From IMG/VR virus record IMGVR_UViG_3300037313_000433, positions 1-54,477 of that record: a stretch of DNA of 54,477 nt; one strand, 5' to 3'. The notes beneath the pieces are model-generated. The model had not been told where the DNA came from and made no database searches. It saw only the letters and a list, made by a program, of their open reading frames with translations. Origin of the DNA: a virus. Shown here piece by piece: positions 41,685 to 49,865 of the stretch. Made by a program: the position numbers and the translations under genes. The stretch's first letter is position 1. Each line of letters begins with the position of its first letter.

Positions 41685-42049
41685 GCCTGCGCTCCGTTAT
41701 CGGGATTGGTGGGGGTGGAATGAGAGCGCGCGATACGGTCCAAACGTTCGATTTCAGCGACGATCAACGCGCCGGCTTTGACAAGGTCGCGGCGACGGTC
41801 TGTCGGTTTCCACCAACTCGCGTCAAAAGGCCAATATGCAGGCGGAGTTTTGTTCGATTGACGAAAACTGTCGCTGGCGAATGTGTGCTCGGCATACGCA
41901 GCGGCAGCGAGAGCCAGTTCGCCAAGGGTGTGCTGATCATCGTGTTCCGCCGTCCAGCCTTCGTCATCCACCTGACGTTGGCGTTCTGCCCAGATATCCC
42001 GCAGCGCTACGGAGAAGCGTTCGCGCTCAACCATGATTGCTTCGCTCAT
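41681..42049 (-). CDS. hypothetical protein (122 aa)
   Basis: ATGA-coupled ORF. Confidence 0.5.
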   Translation of the reverse strand: MSEAIMVERERFSVALRDIWAERQRQVDDEGWTAEHDDQHTLGELALAAAAYAEHTFASDSFRQSNKTPPAYWPFDASWWKPTDRRRDLVKAGALIVAEIERLDRIARSHSTPTNPDNGAQA

Positions 42050-42268
42050 TCACGCCTCCCGCTTGCAAAGCTGCCAACGAATATCGCCCTGGTCTTCTGG
42101 ATGTTCCTTCCATGCCTCGAAGAGCGCAAGTCTCGCGTCCTGTGGGTGGACGGAGCCCCGAGCGAATGTGCAGCCTTCGCTTTGAGCTTCAATGGCTCTC
42201 GCCTTGAACCAATCGCTATGGTTCTCGGATTGCTGATGAACTTGTGCGATATAATCGGGTTCAGACAT
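42050..42268 (-). CDS. hypothetical protein (72 aa)
   Basis: Abutting ORFs. Confidence 0.45.
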   Translation of the reverse strand: MSEPDYIAQVHQQSENHSDWFKARAIEAQSEGCTFARGSVHPQDARLALFEAWKEHPEDQGDIRWQLCKREA

Positions 42269-42778
42269 TCAACCCTCCGTAGCGCCGAGCGTGGAGGAAA
42301 CGATCGTGCCGACCACGTTGCCGTGTTGGTCACGAAGTCTGTCTCCGTCGACGGTCACAAGGAGTACCCCAGCAGGTTGCCGCGGGGCCGCACGAACGAC
42401 ATCAGAAGGCTCCTGAAGCGACAACCGCGATGGCCGCTCGAAATGAGACGCATAGAAGCGAAGTGCAACCTTCGCTGCCAAACTCACAGACATTCCCATT
42501 CCTTCGCAAAAACACTCCAGATGATCCATCTCGTCATCGCGGAATGCGAGCGTCACCGTCCTGCGATCGTCACTGACGCCTTCCAGCATGTGGCGCACCA
42601 TCGCCTCAGCCTGCGTCGCATCAAACAAGTTTGTGCCGCGAGGCTCATGCTTCATTGGGTGTGTGGTGTTTTCATTGAACCACCGCTTGAAACTGATCCC
42701 TGCATCGGGCCTGAAGTTCTCAGGAAGCTTCCAGTTGAGGAAGCGGTCAACCATGTGCTTGATTTGCTCTTCGGTCAT
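42269..42778 (-). CDS. hypothetical protein (169 aa)
   Basis: Abutting ORFs. Confidence 0.5.
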   Translation of the reverse strand: MTEEQIKHMVDRFLNWKLPENFRPDAGISFKRWFNENTTHPMKHEPRGTNLFDATQAEAMVRHMLEGVSDDRRTVTLAFRDDEMDHLECFCEGMGMSVSLAAKVALRFYASHFERPSRLSLQEPSDVVRAAPRQPAGVLLVTVDGDRLRDQHGNVVGTIVSSTLGATEG

Positions 42779-43033
42779 TCATTCCTCCCCACGAATGAGT
42801 TTTGCTATTTTCCTAGTCGCCATATTCCAGCCATCACTCGTGCCACCGTTGTCGAATGGCATGGATGGCCCCTCGCCATGCTGATCTTCGGCGAGGTTGG
42901 CGCAACGTTCGCGCTCTGCAAGGATGGCTTTCGCTATGTCGTCCACCGCTTGCTGCTTCCACACGTGCGTGCTTTCTATGCGCAGCACGATGTCGAGAGC
43001 TATTTCGCCGAGGTCTTCCGGATATTCAGCCAT
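42779..43033 (-). CDS. hypothetical protein (84 aa)
   Basis: Abutting ORFs. Confidence 0.45.
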   Translation of the reverse strand: MAEYPEDLGEIALDIVLRIESTHVWKQQAVDDIAKAILAERERCANLAEDQHGEGPSMPFDNGGTSDGWNMATRKIAKLIRGEE

Positions 43034-43501
43034 TCAATCGTCCTCCCACGCTTCGAACGGGTTCAGGAGTTGAGCCTTGCGGCCGTACTCGTCTCGGTAT
43101 CCGGTGAGGCGCTTCCATATCCAGGGGAACAGTCCCCAATAGAACGGGGACGGGACGCTCTCGACCCACGCTCCCAATTCCGTGTCGTAGGTCATCATGT
43201 CGAAGTTCGCGGTGACTTTGGCACTAACCCCCATTTTGAAAGCCCGGTCGATTGCTGGTGCCGCGAGGCCGTGCCACCACTTGTTCATGTCCTCTTCGAA
43301 GCGCGTCCCCTTCGTTTCTGGGATTGCCGGCATGTGCCGCAACACGCGGACAAGGCTGATGGTGATCGGGCTTTTAGCGTCTTCGGAAAGAGCGTGGGCT
43401 GCGTCCCTGAGAAGCGTCTTGAAGCGTTCAGACTGGTTTTCCGCCATATGCGGATTATCGATTGCCTCGCGGAGGCGCTGCGCTGTTGCTATCCGGTCCA
43501 T
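43034..43501 (-). CDS. hypothetical protein (155 aa)
   Basis: Abutting ORFs. Confidence 0.5.
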   Translation of the reverse strand: MDRIATAQRLREAIDNPHMAENQSERFKTLLRDAAHALSEDAKSPITISLVRVLRHMPAIPETKGTRFEEDMNKWWHGLAAPAIDRAFKMGVSAKVTANFDMMTYDTELGAWVESVPSPFYWGLFPWIWKRLTGYRDEYGRKAQLLNPFEAWEDD

Positions 43502-43798
43502 TCAGGCCACCTCATTCGCTTCGTAGCAACAGCGCGGGCAGCAGACAGGCGCACCGCAGCGCAGGCAGCGATTGATGACTTCGGCGCCGCATTCGTCGCA
43601 CTGGAAGCCAGCAAGGCTCGGGAGAAGGTCAGAGAGCTTGTCTACCGGCTTTCCTGTCCACGGATCAAAAACGTCAGCCGTGAAACCCTCCTGAAGCGTT
43701 GGATAGATCACATTACCGCCTGTGGCCTTCTGTTGGATTTCATTCCATGCCTTTGCCATTTCGACCATCTGGGGCGTGACTTTTACCTCGCGTTCCAT
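43502..43798 (-). CDS. hypothetical protein with C-terminal Cys-rich zinc-ribbon-like cluster
   Basis: FQCDECGAEVINRCLRCGAPVCCPRCC. Confidence 0.5.
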   Translation of the reverse strand: MEREVKVTPQMVEMAKAWNEIQQKATGGNVIYPTLQEGFTADVFDPWTGKPVDKLSDLLPSLAGFQCDECGAEVINRCLRCGAPVCCPRCCYEANEVA

Positions 43799-43842
43799 TT
43801 AGCGGCCTTCCCATTGGTTTGTTTCGGTGTTGGACTGAGGGG

Positions 43843-44394
43843 TCATGCTGCGGCGCCCTTCCCGTTCGCATGGAATTCGCGAGGAACCTTGTGGTAATTC
43901 TCGCGTGCGATCCGGCTGCGTCCCTTTTTTGTCATCTTCTCGATCTGGTTGAGGATCGATCCCAAGCCTGCGCTTTCCGCCCGCGTGATCGACGGCCACA
44001 GCGTCATTGCGCACAGCCAGTAATCATCGTCTGTCTGCATGGCGCTCGGCTTCAGGCCATAGGCTCCAAGGAAAGCCTTGAGGCGATCAAACAAAGCCTT
44101 GTCTACTGCGGCTCGCGCCTTCTGCCTTGCGACGAATGCCGGCGAATTCTCGTTCTGCTTTGCCACGACGCGCCGATGGGCCATGAACTGCTCAAGTCGC
44201 CCAAGCTGGCGGTATCCGTTCTCTTCCGTGACCGTGTCGAAGTCGAAGCCGCCGAACTCGGTCAAATCCTCGTCCTTGAATTCATCCGCCACGCACGCCG
44301 CCGCCCAGAAGGCATTGAAGCCTGTCTCGTCCAGTCTGACATGTTGGAAGTGCAGGCGCTTGGCGCATTGGGGATAGGCGGAGAGGTTCAGCAT
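43843..44394 (-). CDS. hypothetical protein (183 aa)
   Basis: Internal ATG (MLNLSAY) overlaps the upstream stop by one base. Confidence 0.5.
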   Translation of the reverse strand: MLNLSAYPQCAKRLHFQHVRLDETGFNAFWAAACVADEFKDEDLTEFGGFDFDTVTEENGYRQLGRLEQFMAHRRVVAKQNENSPAFVARQKARAAVDKALFDRLKAFLGAYGLKPSAMQTDDDYWLCAMTLWPSITRAESAGLGSILNQIEKMTKKGRSRIARENYHKVPREFHANGKGAAA

Positions 44395-44732
44395 CAAAGC
44401 GTCCCTCGGTCGACGTTCGGCCACTTTGCCTTGGCCTCGAACATGCGCTGGTCAACTCCAGTGTGGCCCGTCAACTCGCTCCGCGATGGGATGCGCGATC
44501 CGAGGAAGTGCAGCAGTTCCGGAAATTCCCAGAGGAGATGCGCTTGACCACCATTGATGACCGCAGTCACGACTTTCTTGAGCAGAGTTGCCGGATTGAC
44601 GTCGAGTTCACCGACGCAATCGACTGGCTCTCCGCTGACCATCATCGCCTCTTTGTTGGCGAGCGCCTTTTCGATGCGCTCGGGCGTCAACAGATTGGAG
44701 CCGCAGACATGGCAGGAAATTGGAGCGCTCAT
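44394..44732 (-). CDS. hypothetical protein (112 aa)
   Basis: MSAPISCHVCGSN start, ATGA-coupled. Confidence 0.5.
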   Translation of the reverse strand: MSAPISCHVCGSNLLTPERIEKALANKEAMMVSGEPVDCVGELDVNPATLLKKVVTAVINGGQAHLLWEFPELLHFLGSRIPSRSELTGHTGVDQRMFEAKAKWPNVDRGTL

Positions 44733-44929
44733 GCTGCCTCCGGCATTTCTGCCCAATGTGTCGCCTTGAAGCGGCCAAAGCCCATGGGGTCGCAGGAGTG
44801 AAATATCGGATATGGGGCCTTATCCAGCCACTCGCCATATCCAGCGGCGACGGTCTTCATCTCGGAATTCGAGAGGAGAATTACCGGCCCGATCGGAGCT
44901 GTTTTGATGTCTTTCCATTCGGTTTTCAT
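44729..44929 (-). CDS. DUF551-like small protein
   Basis: EWKDIKTAP...ATHW pattern; a second DUF551-like gene lies at 50048..50269. Confidence 0.5.
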   Translation of the reverse strand: MKTEWKDIKTAPIGPVILLSNSEMKTVAAGYGEWLDKAPYPIFHSCDPMGFGRFKATHWAEMPEAA

Positions 44930-45129
44930 GCCGCATCTTCCTCGACCGGCATGAAATCGTCTGCGGTGACCTGGCCGCCTGTCGCGGCCCTGATCTTGGC
45001 AATCAAATCCAGGCGAGGTGTACGCTCGCCGCGAAGGATTCGGGTGATCGTGGACGGGGCCACGTCAATGCTGGCAGCGAACGCCACCGGCTTGATCTCT
45101 TTTTCGTGGAGGTACTGTTCGAGCTTCAT
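44926..45129 (-). CDS. Cro/YdaS-like helix-turn-helix regulator
   Basis: VAFAASIDVAPSTITRILRGERTP HTH; divergent from the cI-like gene across the operator cluster; ATG 45129 preferred over the track TTG 45138. Confidence 0.65.
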   Translation of the reverse strand: MKLEQYLHEKEIKPVAFAASIDVAPSTITRILRGERTPRLDLIAKIRAATGGQVTADDFMPVEEDAA

Positions 45130-45137
45130 AATTGCCA

Positions 45138-45166
45138 AAGTTGCCAGATGGCACTTTATTTGTCAA
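45138..45166 (-). promoter_or_regulatory. leftward early promoter candidate (TTGACA-17 bp-CAACTT) overlapped by an operator
   Basis: -35 at 45161-45166, -10 at 45138-45143; the -10 ends 8 nt before the Cro-like ATG and no SD is present. Confidence 0.4.
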
Positions 45167-45209
45167 TTGGCATTTGCCACTTGGCGCTGGAAAAAATTTC
45201 CATCTGGCA
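45142..45209. promoter_or_regulatory. operator cluster 1: four copies or variants of TGCCA-N2-TGGCA
   Basis: 45142-45153 TGCCAGATGGCA; 45161-45172 TGTCAATTGGCA; 45175-45186 TGCCACTTGGCG; 45198-45209 TTCCATCTGGCA. Confidence 0.65.
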
Positions 45210-45222
45210 AAATAGTGCGCTG

Positions 45223-45924
45223 ATGGCAAACCAGATCAGAAAAATACGGAAGTCGAAGGATATCACGCTTGAAGATTTGGCGGAGCGAACTGGCATCTCC
45301 ACGACCTATCTTCAGCGCATGGAAACAGGCGCGCGCGGACTCAGTCTCGAAAATCTCATCAGGATTGCTCGCGGGCTCGAAGTCGAGCCGATCGAGGTAT
45401 CGAATGAATTTGACCATGAGCAGTTGGCCGGCGCCGACCGCGTGCTAGCCGAAGAGGCGAAGCCGCGCGGCGATTTGATCGACCAGATCGACATTACCGC
45501 CGGCCTGGGTGGCGGTGGCCTATCAATCATTGAGGCCACATCGGGCGCTACCGGCCTCTCGTTTCATAGGGAAGCCGTAAGCGACTATTGGAGGATGCCA
45601 GCTTCTGTGATGGCTCGCCTCGGCATCCTGCCTCACCACGTCAAAGCCTTCCCCGCCCAGGGGGACAGTATGGCCCCGACGATCGAGGATGGCGATGTCG
45701 TGTTTGCTGACACTCGGCACCGCGTGCCTTCGCCGCCTGGCGTCTATGTTCTCGCCGATCAGTTCGGCGGCGTTATCGTCAAGCGGCTAGAGGTGATATC
45801 CCGGCCCGGCGACGAGACTGTCAACGTCAGGATTTCATCCGACAATCCGAAGCATCGCGACCAAGAGCTGACGCTAGACGAAATTCAAATCATCGGCCGT
45901 TATGTCGGTAGGTTCACTGTCTGA
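45223..45924 (+). CDS. cI: cI-type repressor (XRE HTH + S24/LexA-like autopeptidase)
   Basis: N-terminal ITLEDLAERTGISTTYLQRMETG HTH; C-terminal GDSMAPT (Ser) and VIVKRL (Lys) dyad. Confidence 0.85.
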   Translation: MANQIRKIRKSKDITLEDLAERTGISTTYLQRMETGARGLSLENLIRIARGLEVEPIEVSNEFDHEQLAGADRVLAEEAKPRGDLIDQIDITAGLGGGGLSIIEATSGATGLSFHREAVSDYWRMPASVMARLGILPHHVKAFPAQGDSMAPTIEDGDVVFADTRHRVPSPPGVYVLADQFGGVIVKRLEVISRPGDETVNVRISSDNPKHRDQELTLDEIQIIGRYVGRFTV

Positions 45925-45977
45925 CCTCGCCCTTCCAACAACTCCCCTCAGAGCAAGACCAGAAGAAAATAAATAGA

Positions 45978-46047
45978 GTCCGTTATAAAGCTTGTCCGTT
46001 ATAATGGGTGCATAATGGCGCACCTAGTCAGGTGCATGGTGGCGCAC
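45978..46047. repeat. two pairs of short direct repeats in the convergent gap between cI and the winged-helix gene
   Basis: GTCCGTTATAA at 45978-45988 and 45994-46004; GGTGCATAATGGCGCAC at 46007-46023 and GGTGCATGGTGGCGCAC at 46031-46047. Confidence 0.6.
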
Positions 46048-46048
46048 G

Positions 46049-46396
46049 TCACTTAGGGACTGCATCCTCGACAGCGACAATCTGGTAAGAGTTAAACAGC
46101 TTCGGATTACCGTTGAGGCGTGTTCGCCGCGCCTCGATCAAGCCCATCGCCTTCAACTTCGAAACAGCGCTCTTCACCACCCGGATTTTCAAGTCCAGGT
46201 CTTTCGCTATGCGCTCTTGGGAAATCACCCACGACTGATCTCGCGGATTCATCTTCTCGGCAATGAAAACCGCAATCGCCTTCTCGGTGAAGGACATCTC
46301 GGCTTTCGGAATTTCCAGCACGAATTTTATCCAGTCATCGCGCCGCCGGTAAAACATGCCGGAGAGCGATAGCGGTTTTTTCACAACATTGGTCAT
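46049..46396 (-). CDS. winged-helix DNA-binding protein (MarR/GntR/replication-initiator-like wHTH)
   Basis: ISQERIAKDLDLKIRVVKSAVSKLKAMGLIEARR; AAGGGG RBS before ATG 46396; AT-richer. Confidence 0.55.
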   Translation of the reverse strand: MTNVVKKPLSLSGMFYRRRDDWIKFVLEIPKAEMSFTEKAIAVFIAEKMNPRDQSWVISQERIAKDLDLKIRVVKSAVSKLKAMGLIEARRTRLNGNPKLFNSYQIVAVEDAVPK

Positions 46397-46405
46397 GCCC
46401 CTTTG

Positions 46406-46471
46406 TGCCACATGGCAATTATTTTTGCCAGATGGCATTTTGCCAATTGACACCTTTTTTGCCAGGTGGCA
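46406..46471. promoter_or_regulatory. operator cluster 2: four copies of TGCCA-N2-TGGCA
   Basis: 46406-46417 TGCCACATGGCA; 46426-46437 TGCCAGATGGCA; 46441-46452 TGCCAATTGACA; 46460-46471 TGCCAGGTGGCA. Confidence 0.7.
46418..46446 (-). promoter_or_regulatory. promoter candidate for the winged-helix gene (TTGGCA-17 bp-AATAAT) with an operator in the spacer
   Basis: Read on the minus strand; -35 at 46441-46446, -10 at 46418-46423. Confidence 0.4.
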
Positions 46472-46475
46472 TATT
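46447..46475 (+). promoter_or_regulatory. rightward early promoter candidate (TTGACA-17 bp-CATATT) overlapped by two operators
   Basis: -35 at 46447-46452, -10 at 46470-46475. Confidence 0.45.
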
Positions 46476-46549
46476 CCTTCTCACCGGACCACGAATGAGC
46501 CACGCAAGGAAGCGAACCGCGGTCCCGGGTGAAACAAGAGGACGAGACG

Positions 46550-46768
46550 ATGGAACGCTCAGAGAAATCCGAAACGCAATATGGACCGGCGCTGAGTGTG
46601 CTTGGCGTCAAGAAGGCTCACGCCCAGCGCGCAATAAAGTGGCTCAAGGATCGCAGCTTCTTGGCCTTCTACGTGGCCGCAGATCAGAGCCTCAACATGC
46701 ACGAATATCCTAAGGGTCGCGAGTGGACCTACGAGACCATGAACAAGGCGCTGGAGGCGACCCGATGA
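46550..46768 (+). CDS. hypothetical protein (72 aa), first gene of the rightward operon
   Basis: AAGAGGA RBS before ATG 46550. Confidence 0.5.
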   Translation: MERSEKSETQYGPALSVLGVKKAHAQRAIKWLKDRSFLAFYVAADQSLNMHEYPKGREWTYETMNKALEATR

Positions 46769-46929
46769 GCGACGATCGGATCGAAAGCTTGGTTAGCGCC
46801 ACATGGTACGGCCTCACCGAAGACCTTGGTGACGAAGTTGAGGTCGAAGAGTTCCCGTCGATGGGCGAGTTGGAAGTCGTCTTCAAAGACGGAAAGAAGT
46901 TCCGGATCGAGATCACCGAAATCACCTGA
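46765..46929 (+). CDS. hypothetical acidic protein (54 aa)
   Basis: ATGA overlap with the upstream stop. Confidence 0.45.
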   Translation: MSDDRIESLVSATWYGLTEDLGDEVEVEEFPSMGELEVVFKDGKKFRIEITEIT

Positions 46930-46940
46930 CCGCTTAGGTG

Positions 46941-46962
46941 CTGGCCTTCGGGCCAGTTTCTA
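46941..46962 (+). terminator. candidate intrinsic terminator (tR1-like) with UUCG tetraloop
   Basis: CTGGCC TTCG GGCCAG then TTTCTA. Confidence 0.5.
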
Positions 46963-47011
46963 AACGATCACCCGCCGCCACGAAGCGGCCAGAACGAGAG
47001 AGGAATGAGAC

Positions 47012-47365
47012 ATGGCAACCGAAACGACCAAACAAGCCGTCTGCGAACTGTGCGGTCATCCGATGCCGGAAGGCGAGCAGATGTTCAAGTTCCACGGCTA
47101 CAGCGGCCCATGCCCTGACAAGCCAACCCCATCGTTTGCAGTCCAGATGTTCAAGGGGGCCTTGGCAACTATTAGCCACAGCCGCGCCGGCTGGGACTAC
47201 GAACTGCCGAAGCACCAGCGCGAGTTAGAGAACCGCCAGGAAAAGGGCGCTCTGGAGAGAGTAAGGGCCATATGGGCCGAAAACGCTGAGCTCCACGATG
47301 ATCTTCGCAAGGCTTTCAAGGAAGTGAAGCCGCTGGCGACTATGAGCGAGATCGAGCGCTCCTAA
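47012..47365 (+). CDS. hypothetical protein (117 aa, N-terminal CxxC)
   Basis: GAGAGAGGAA RBS. Confidence 0.5.
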   Translation: MATETTKQAVCELCGHPMPEGEQMFKFHGYSGPCPDKPTPSFAVQMFKGALATISHSRAGWDYELPKHQRELENRQEKGALERVRAIWAENAELHDDLRKAFKEVKPLATMSEIERS

Positions 47366-47412
47366 CCCCCATCCCCCTACCGCCGGTAAGCGGACAAGAG
47401 AGAGGACGAGAA

Positions 47413-48012
47413 ATGTTGAAACTCTGCCCGTTCTGTAACGGTGAGGCTCATCTCTTCAACCCGGACAAATTCAAGAATGTCACGGTTAGATGCAGCCAGT
47501 GTGGTGTCCAGACGGCACCGATCATGGATCACAAAGGCGCATCGGTAAAAGCTATTGAAGCTTGGAACCGTAGAGATACATCGTTGGAAAGCCGTTTAGC
47601 CGATACGTACCGCGTCTTATCAATGGTCCAGTCATGGTGGCTGTCAGAAGGTATGCATCAGTTCAATGGTGCTCCTTATGCTATGTTTGCTGTGAGAAGC
47701 ATCCTGGATGGCGTGGGGACTATTTCTGATCCCCTCAAGAAAGAGATTTCCTCCATTCGAGAGATACTGGCTGGCGGAGACATTGCAAGCCTGCCGCGCG
47801 ACAACGGAACCGCTGCTATGGCTGCGAACCGTATGGACGAAATCTCGAAGCTCCGTTCTCAATTTTTGGATACCTGTTCAAGGGCAGAGAAGGCAGAGCA
47901 AGCGCTGCGCGAGATCATTGATCTTGTAGATGATCCTGCATGTGATGCCGACCCTGAGGAAAGCACCATTGCCTTTGCAAAGGCTGTTCTGGCCAAAGCG
48001 GAGAGCAAGTGA
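47413..48012 (+). CDS. lar: Lar-family restriction alleviation-like protein with C-terminal extension
   Basis: CPFCNGEAHLF...VRCSQCGVQTAP...AIEAWNRR matches the Lar zinc-ribbon pattern. Confidence 0.6.
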   Translation: MLKLCPFCNGEAHLFNPDKFKNVTVRCSQCGVQTAPIMDHKGASVKAIEAWNRRDTSLESRLADTYRVLSMVQSWWLSEGMHQFNGAPYAMFAVRSILDGVGTISDPLKKEISSIREILAGGDIASLPRDNGTAAMAANRMDEISKLRSQFLDTCSRAEKAEQALREIIDLVDDPACDADPEESTIAFAKAVLAKAESK

Positions 48013-48200
48013 TGCACTTTGCACAAACGATATTGCAGGCCAACAGCTTCTTCAAGCGCGGCGAGATATCTGCGGCATTGAAGCTCTATACCGACGCGCA
48101 GCGCCATCTCCTGTTCAAGGAAATGCTGCCGATCACAAATCCTCAGGTGTCGGAGTTGCAGCAACATCGCTTCGCCTGCTTCCGGCTTCTGGATGCCTGA
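48012..48200 (+). CDS. hypothetical protein (62 aa)
   Basis: TGATG overlap with the Lar stop. Confidence 0.4.
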   Translation: MHFAQTILQANSFFKRGEISAALKLYTDAQRHLLFKEMLPITNPQVSELQQHRFACFRLLDA

Positions 48201-48215
48201 ACCAAGGACACGACG

Positions 48216-48560
48216 ATGACCACCATCACAGACCGCACGATCCATCTCACCCGCATAGGCTATGCCCTAGCGACGGCCAAGGAAGCGTTTCTCCATAGCT
48301 ACGGCATGGAAGACGACCAGAAGGCAATCAAAGCGCTGGTGAACGAATTTGGCCGGAACCTGCGTGATCTGGTCGAGGTCTGCACCAAGGATTTCCACGA
48401 CGAGCAAGCCAAAGCTTACCTCGACGGCATCGAGAACGCAATCAACGATGAAGTCGACAACGAATTTGCCGACGCGATCACCGTTCGCGACCAAGCCGCC
48501 GAAGACGCTCGCGATCCTATCCTCCGTGCCGCTTCCCGCTCCGATGCGCGGGCGGCGTAG
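48216..48560 (+). CDS. hypothetical protein (114 aa)
   Basis: AAGGA RBS. Confidence 0.5.
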   Translation: MTTITDRTIHLTRIGYALATAKEAFLHSYGMEDDQKAIKALVNEFGRNLRDLVEVCTKDFHDEQAKAYLDGIENAINDEVDNEFADAITVRDQAAEDARDPILRAASRSDARAA

Positions 48561-48569
48561 GAGGCGGGG

Positions 48570-48896
48570 ATGTCAGAACTCACACGCCTTTCCGATCAAG
48601 AACTTGTCATTCGTCTACACGACACAATGGAACGTCATGACCACCTCATTGATAGCTGCGACATGGGCGACGAGCGCATCTATTTCGCCAACAAGGAATG
48701 CGAGGCGATCAAGGCCGAACAGCGGCGGCGCGGGTACAAGACATGCGACCTGTGTTTTGACTTCGGCGACGTAACCGACATGCACGGCGACTTCTACGGC
48801 TTCTGCAAATGCCCCGCCGGAGTTCGCCTTCGCGAAAAGACAGAACGCCGCATCGCTATTCGCGAAGAGCTTTCTAAGGCAGAGGAGGGCAAGTGA
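48570..48896 (+). CDS. hypothetical protein (108 aa, Cys cluster)
   Basis: GGAGG RBS. Confidence 0.5.
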   Translation: MSELTRLSDQELVIRLHDTMERHDHLIDSCDMGDERIYFANKECEAIKAEQRRRGYKTCDLCFDFGDVTDMHGDFYGFCKCPAGVRLREKTERRIAIREELSKAEEGK

Positions 48897-49204
48897 TGTC
48901 CATGAGCAGAACCCACGAGACATACTTCGAGCGCGAAGACGGAACTGAGGTCTGTGTCGAATACACGATCACACCGTACGATCCAGGCGTTTCCAGTGGC
49001 CCGGCTGAAATATGCTACCCGCCAGAAGGCGGCGAAGTCGAGATCATAAGCGTCAAGGACGAGAGCGGCAAGTCGCTTGATTGGACGGCGGACGAAGACC
49101 AAAAATGGTCCGTCAGCATCTTTGAAAACCACGATTTCGATGACGGTCCCGATCCAGATTGGGAGCGCGAAGTCAGGTGGGAGGACGAGCGTGATGCGAA
49201 CTGA
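48896..49204 (+). CDS. hypothetical acidic protein (102 aa)
   Basis: GGAGG RBS; TGATG overlap. Confidence 0.5.
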   Translation: MSMSRTHETYFEREDGTEVCVEYTITPYDPGVSSGPAEICYPPEGGEVEIISVKDESGKSLDWTADEDQKWSVSIFENHDFDDGPDPDWEREVRWEDERDAN

Positions 49205-49379
49205 ACCAATCCCTTCAAGAGCAGAACAGAAGGCGCAGGCACTCCGCTGCGGTTGCCGCGGCTCGGATGACTATTGCTGCTGCCAGAACGTGCCGGATCG
49301 CGTCACGCGCCAATATCGGGCCGCTGAACGGATTGCGGTCGTCCTAGCCTCCACCGTTCTCGAGCAATCCGCCGCCTAA
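49194..49379 (+). CDS. hypothetical Cys-rich protein (61 aa)
   Basis: ATG 49194 inside ORF-track 49077..49379. Confidence 0.35.
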   Translation: MRTEPIPSRAEQKAQALRCGCRGSDDYCCCQNVPDRVTRQYRAAERIAVVLASTVLEQSAA

Positions 49380-49433
49380 CCCCATCCGCGCCAGGTCTGT
49401 CCCGGCGCTCACCATACCAGAGGAACACGGAAC

Positions 49434-49865
49434 ATGAGCGAAGAGCAAAGCATGCATACGCCGACGCCGTGGAAGGTAGTCAGTGTCCCGGATTTTAACA
49501 GCGGTCTTGTTTATACGTCAATCCAGCCGGTGACGGTCGATGAAGAAGCAATGAAGCCTTTGGCAATGGCGAATGGTGAATATCACGTTTGCAGGATGAG
49601 CCACACAGCAGCGGAATGGCGGTTCAATTATCACCGAGCAAACGCCGCATTCATTGTCGAGGCAGTCAACTCCTACGCTCACCTACAAGCCGAGAACGAA
49701 AGGCTGAAGGCGGTAGCGATCGCATATCGCGAATGGGAAGCCGACCTTGTTTTGAATGGCGACTGGTCAGGAGACGCAGTTCTGATGTCGCAAGCACAGC
49801 ATGACCGGATGCTTGAAATCCAGGCCATGCGTGAAGCTGCTATCGGGAGCAACGGAAATGGGTGA
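49434..49865 (+). CDS. hypothetical protein (143 aa)
   Basis: AGAGGAA RBS. Confidence 0.5.
   Translation: MSEEQSMHTPTPWKVVSVPDFNSGLVYTSIQPVTVDEEAMKPLAMANGEYHVCRMSHTAAEWRFNYHRANAAFIVEAVNSYAHLQAENERLKAVAIAYREWEADLVLNGDWSGDAVLMSQAQHDRMLEIQAMREAAIGSNGNG

Noticed and set aside
41720-43897. 725-aa plus-strand ORF, the second-longest plus-strand ORF in the window
   Set aside because: It runs antisense to eight tightly packed, RBS-bearing and ATGA-coupled minus-strand genes. Its product is Arg/Cys/His/Phe-rich with no recognisable motif. This is typical of a stop-poor antisense frame in GC-rich coding DNA.
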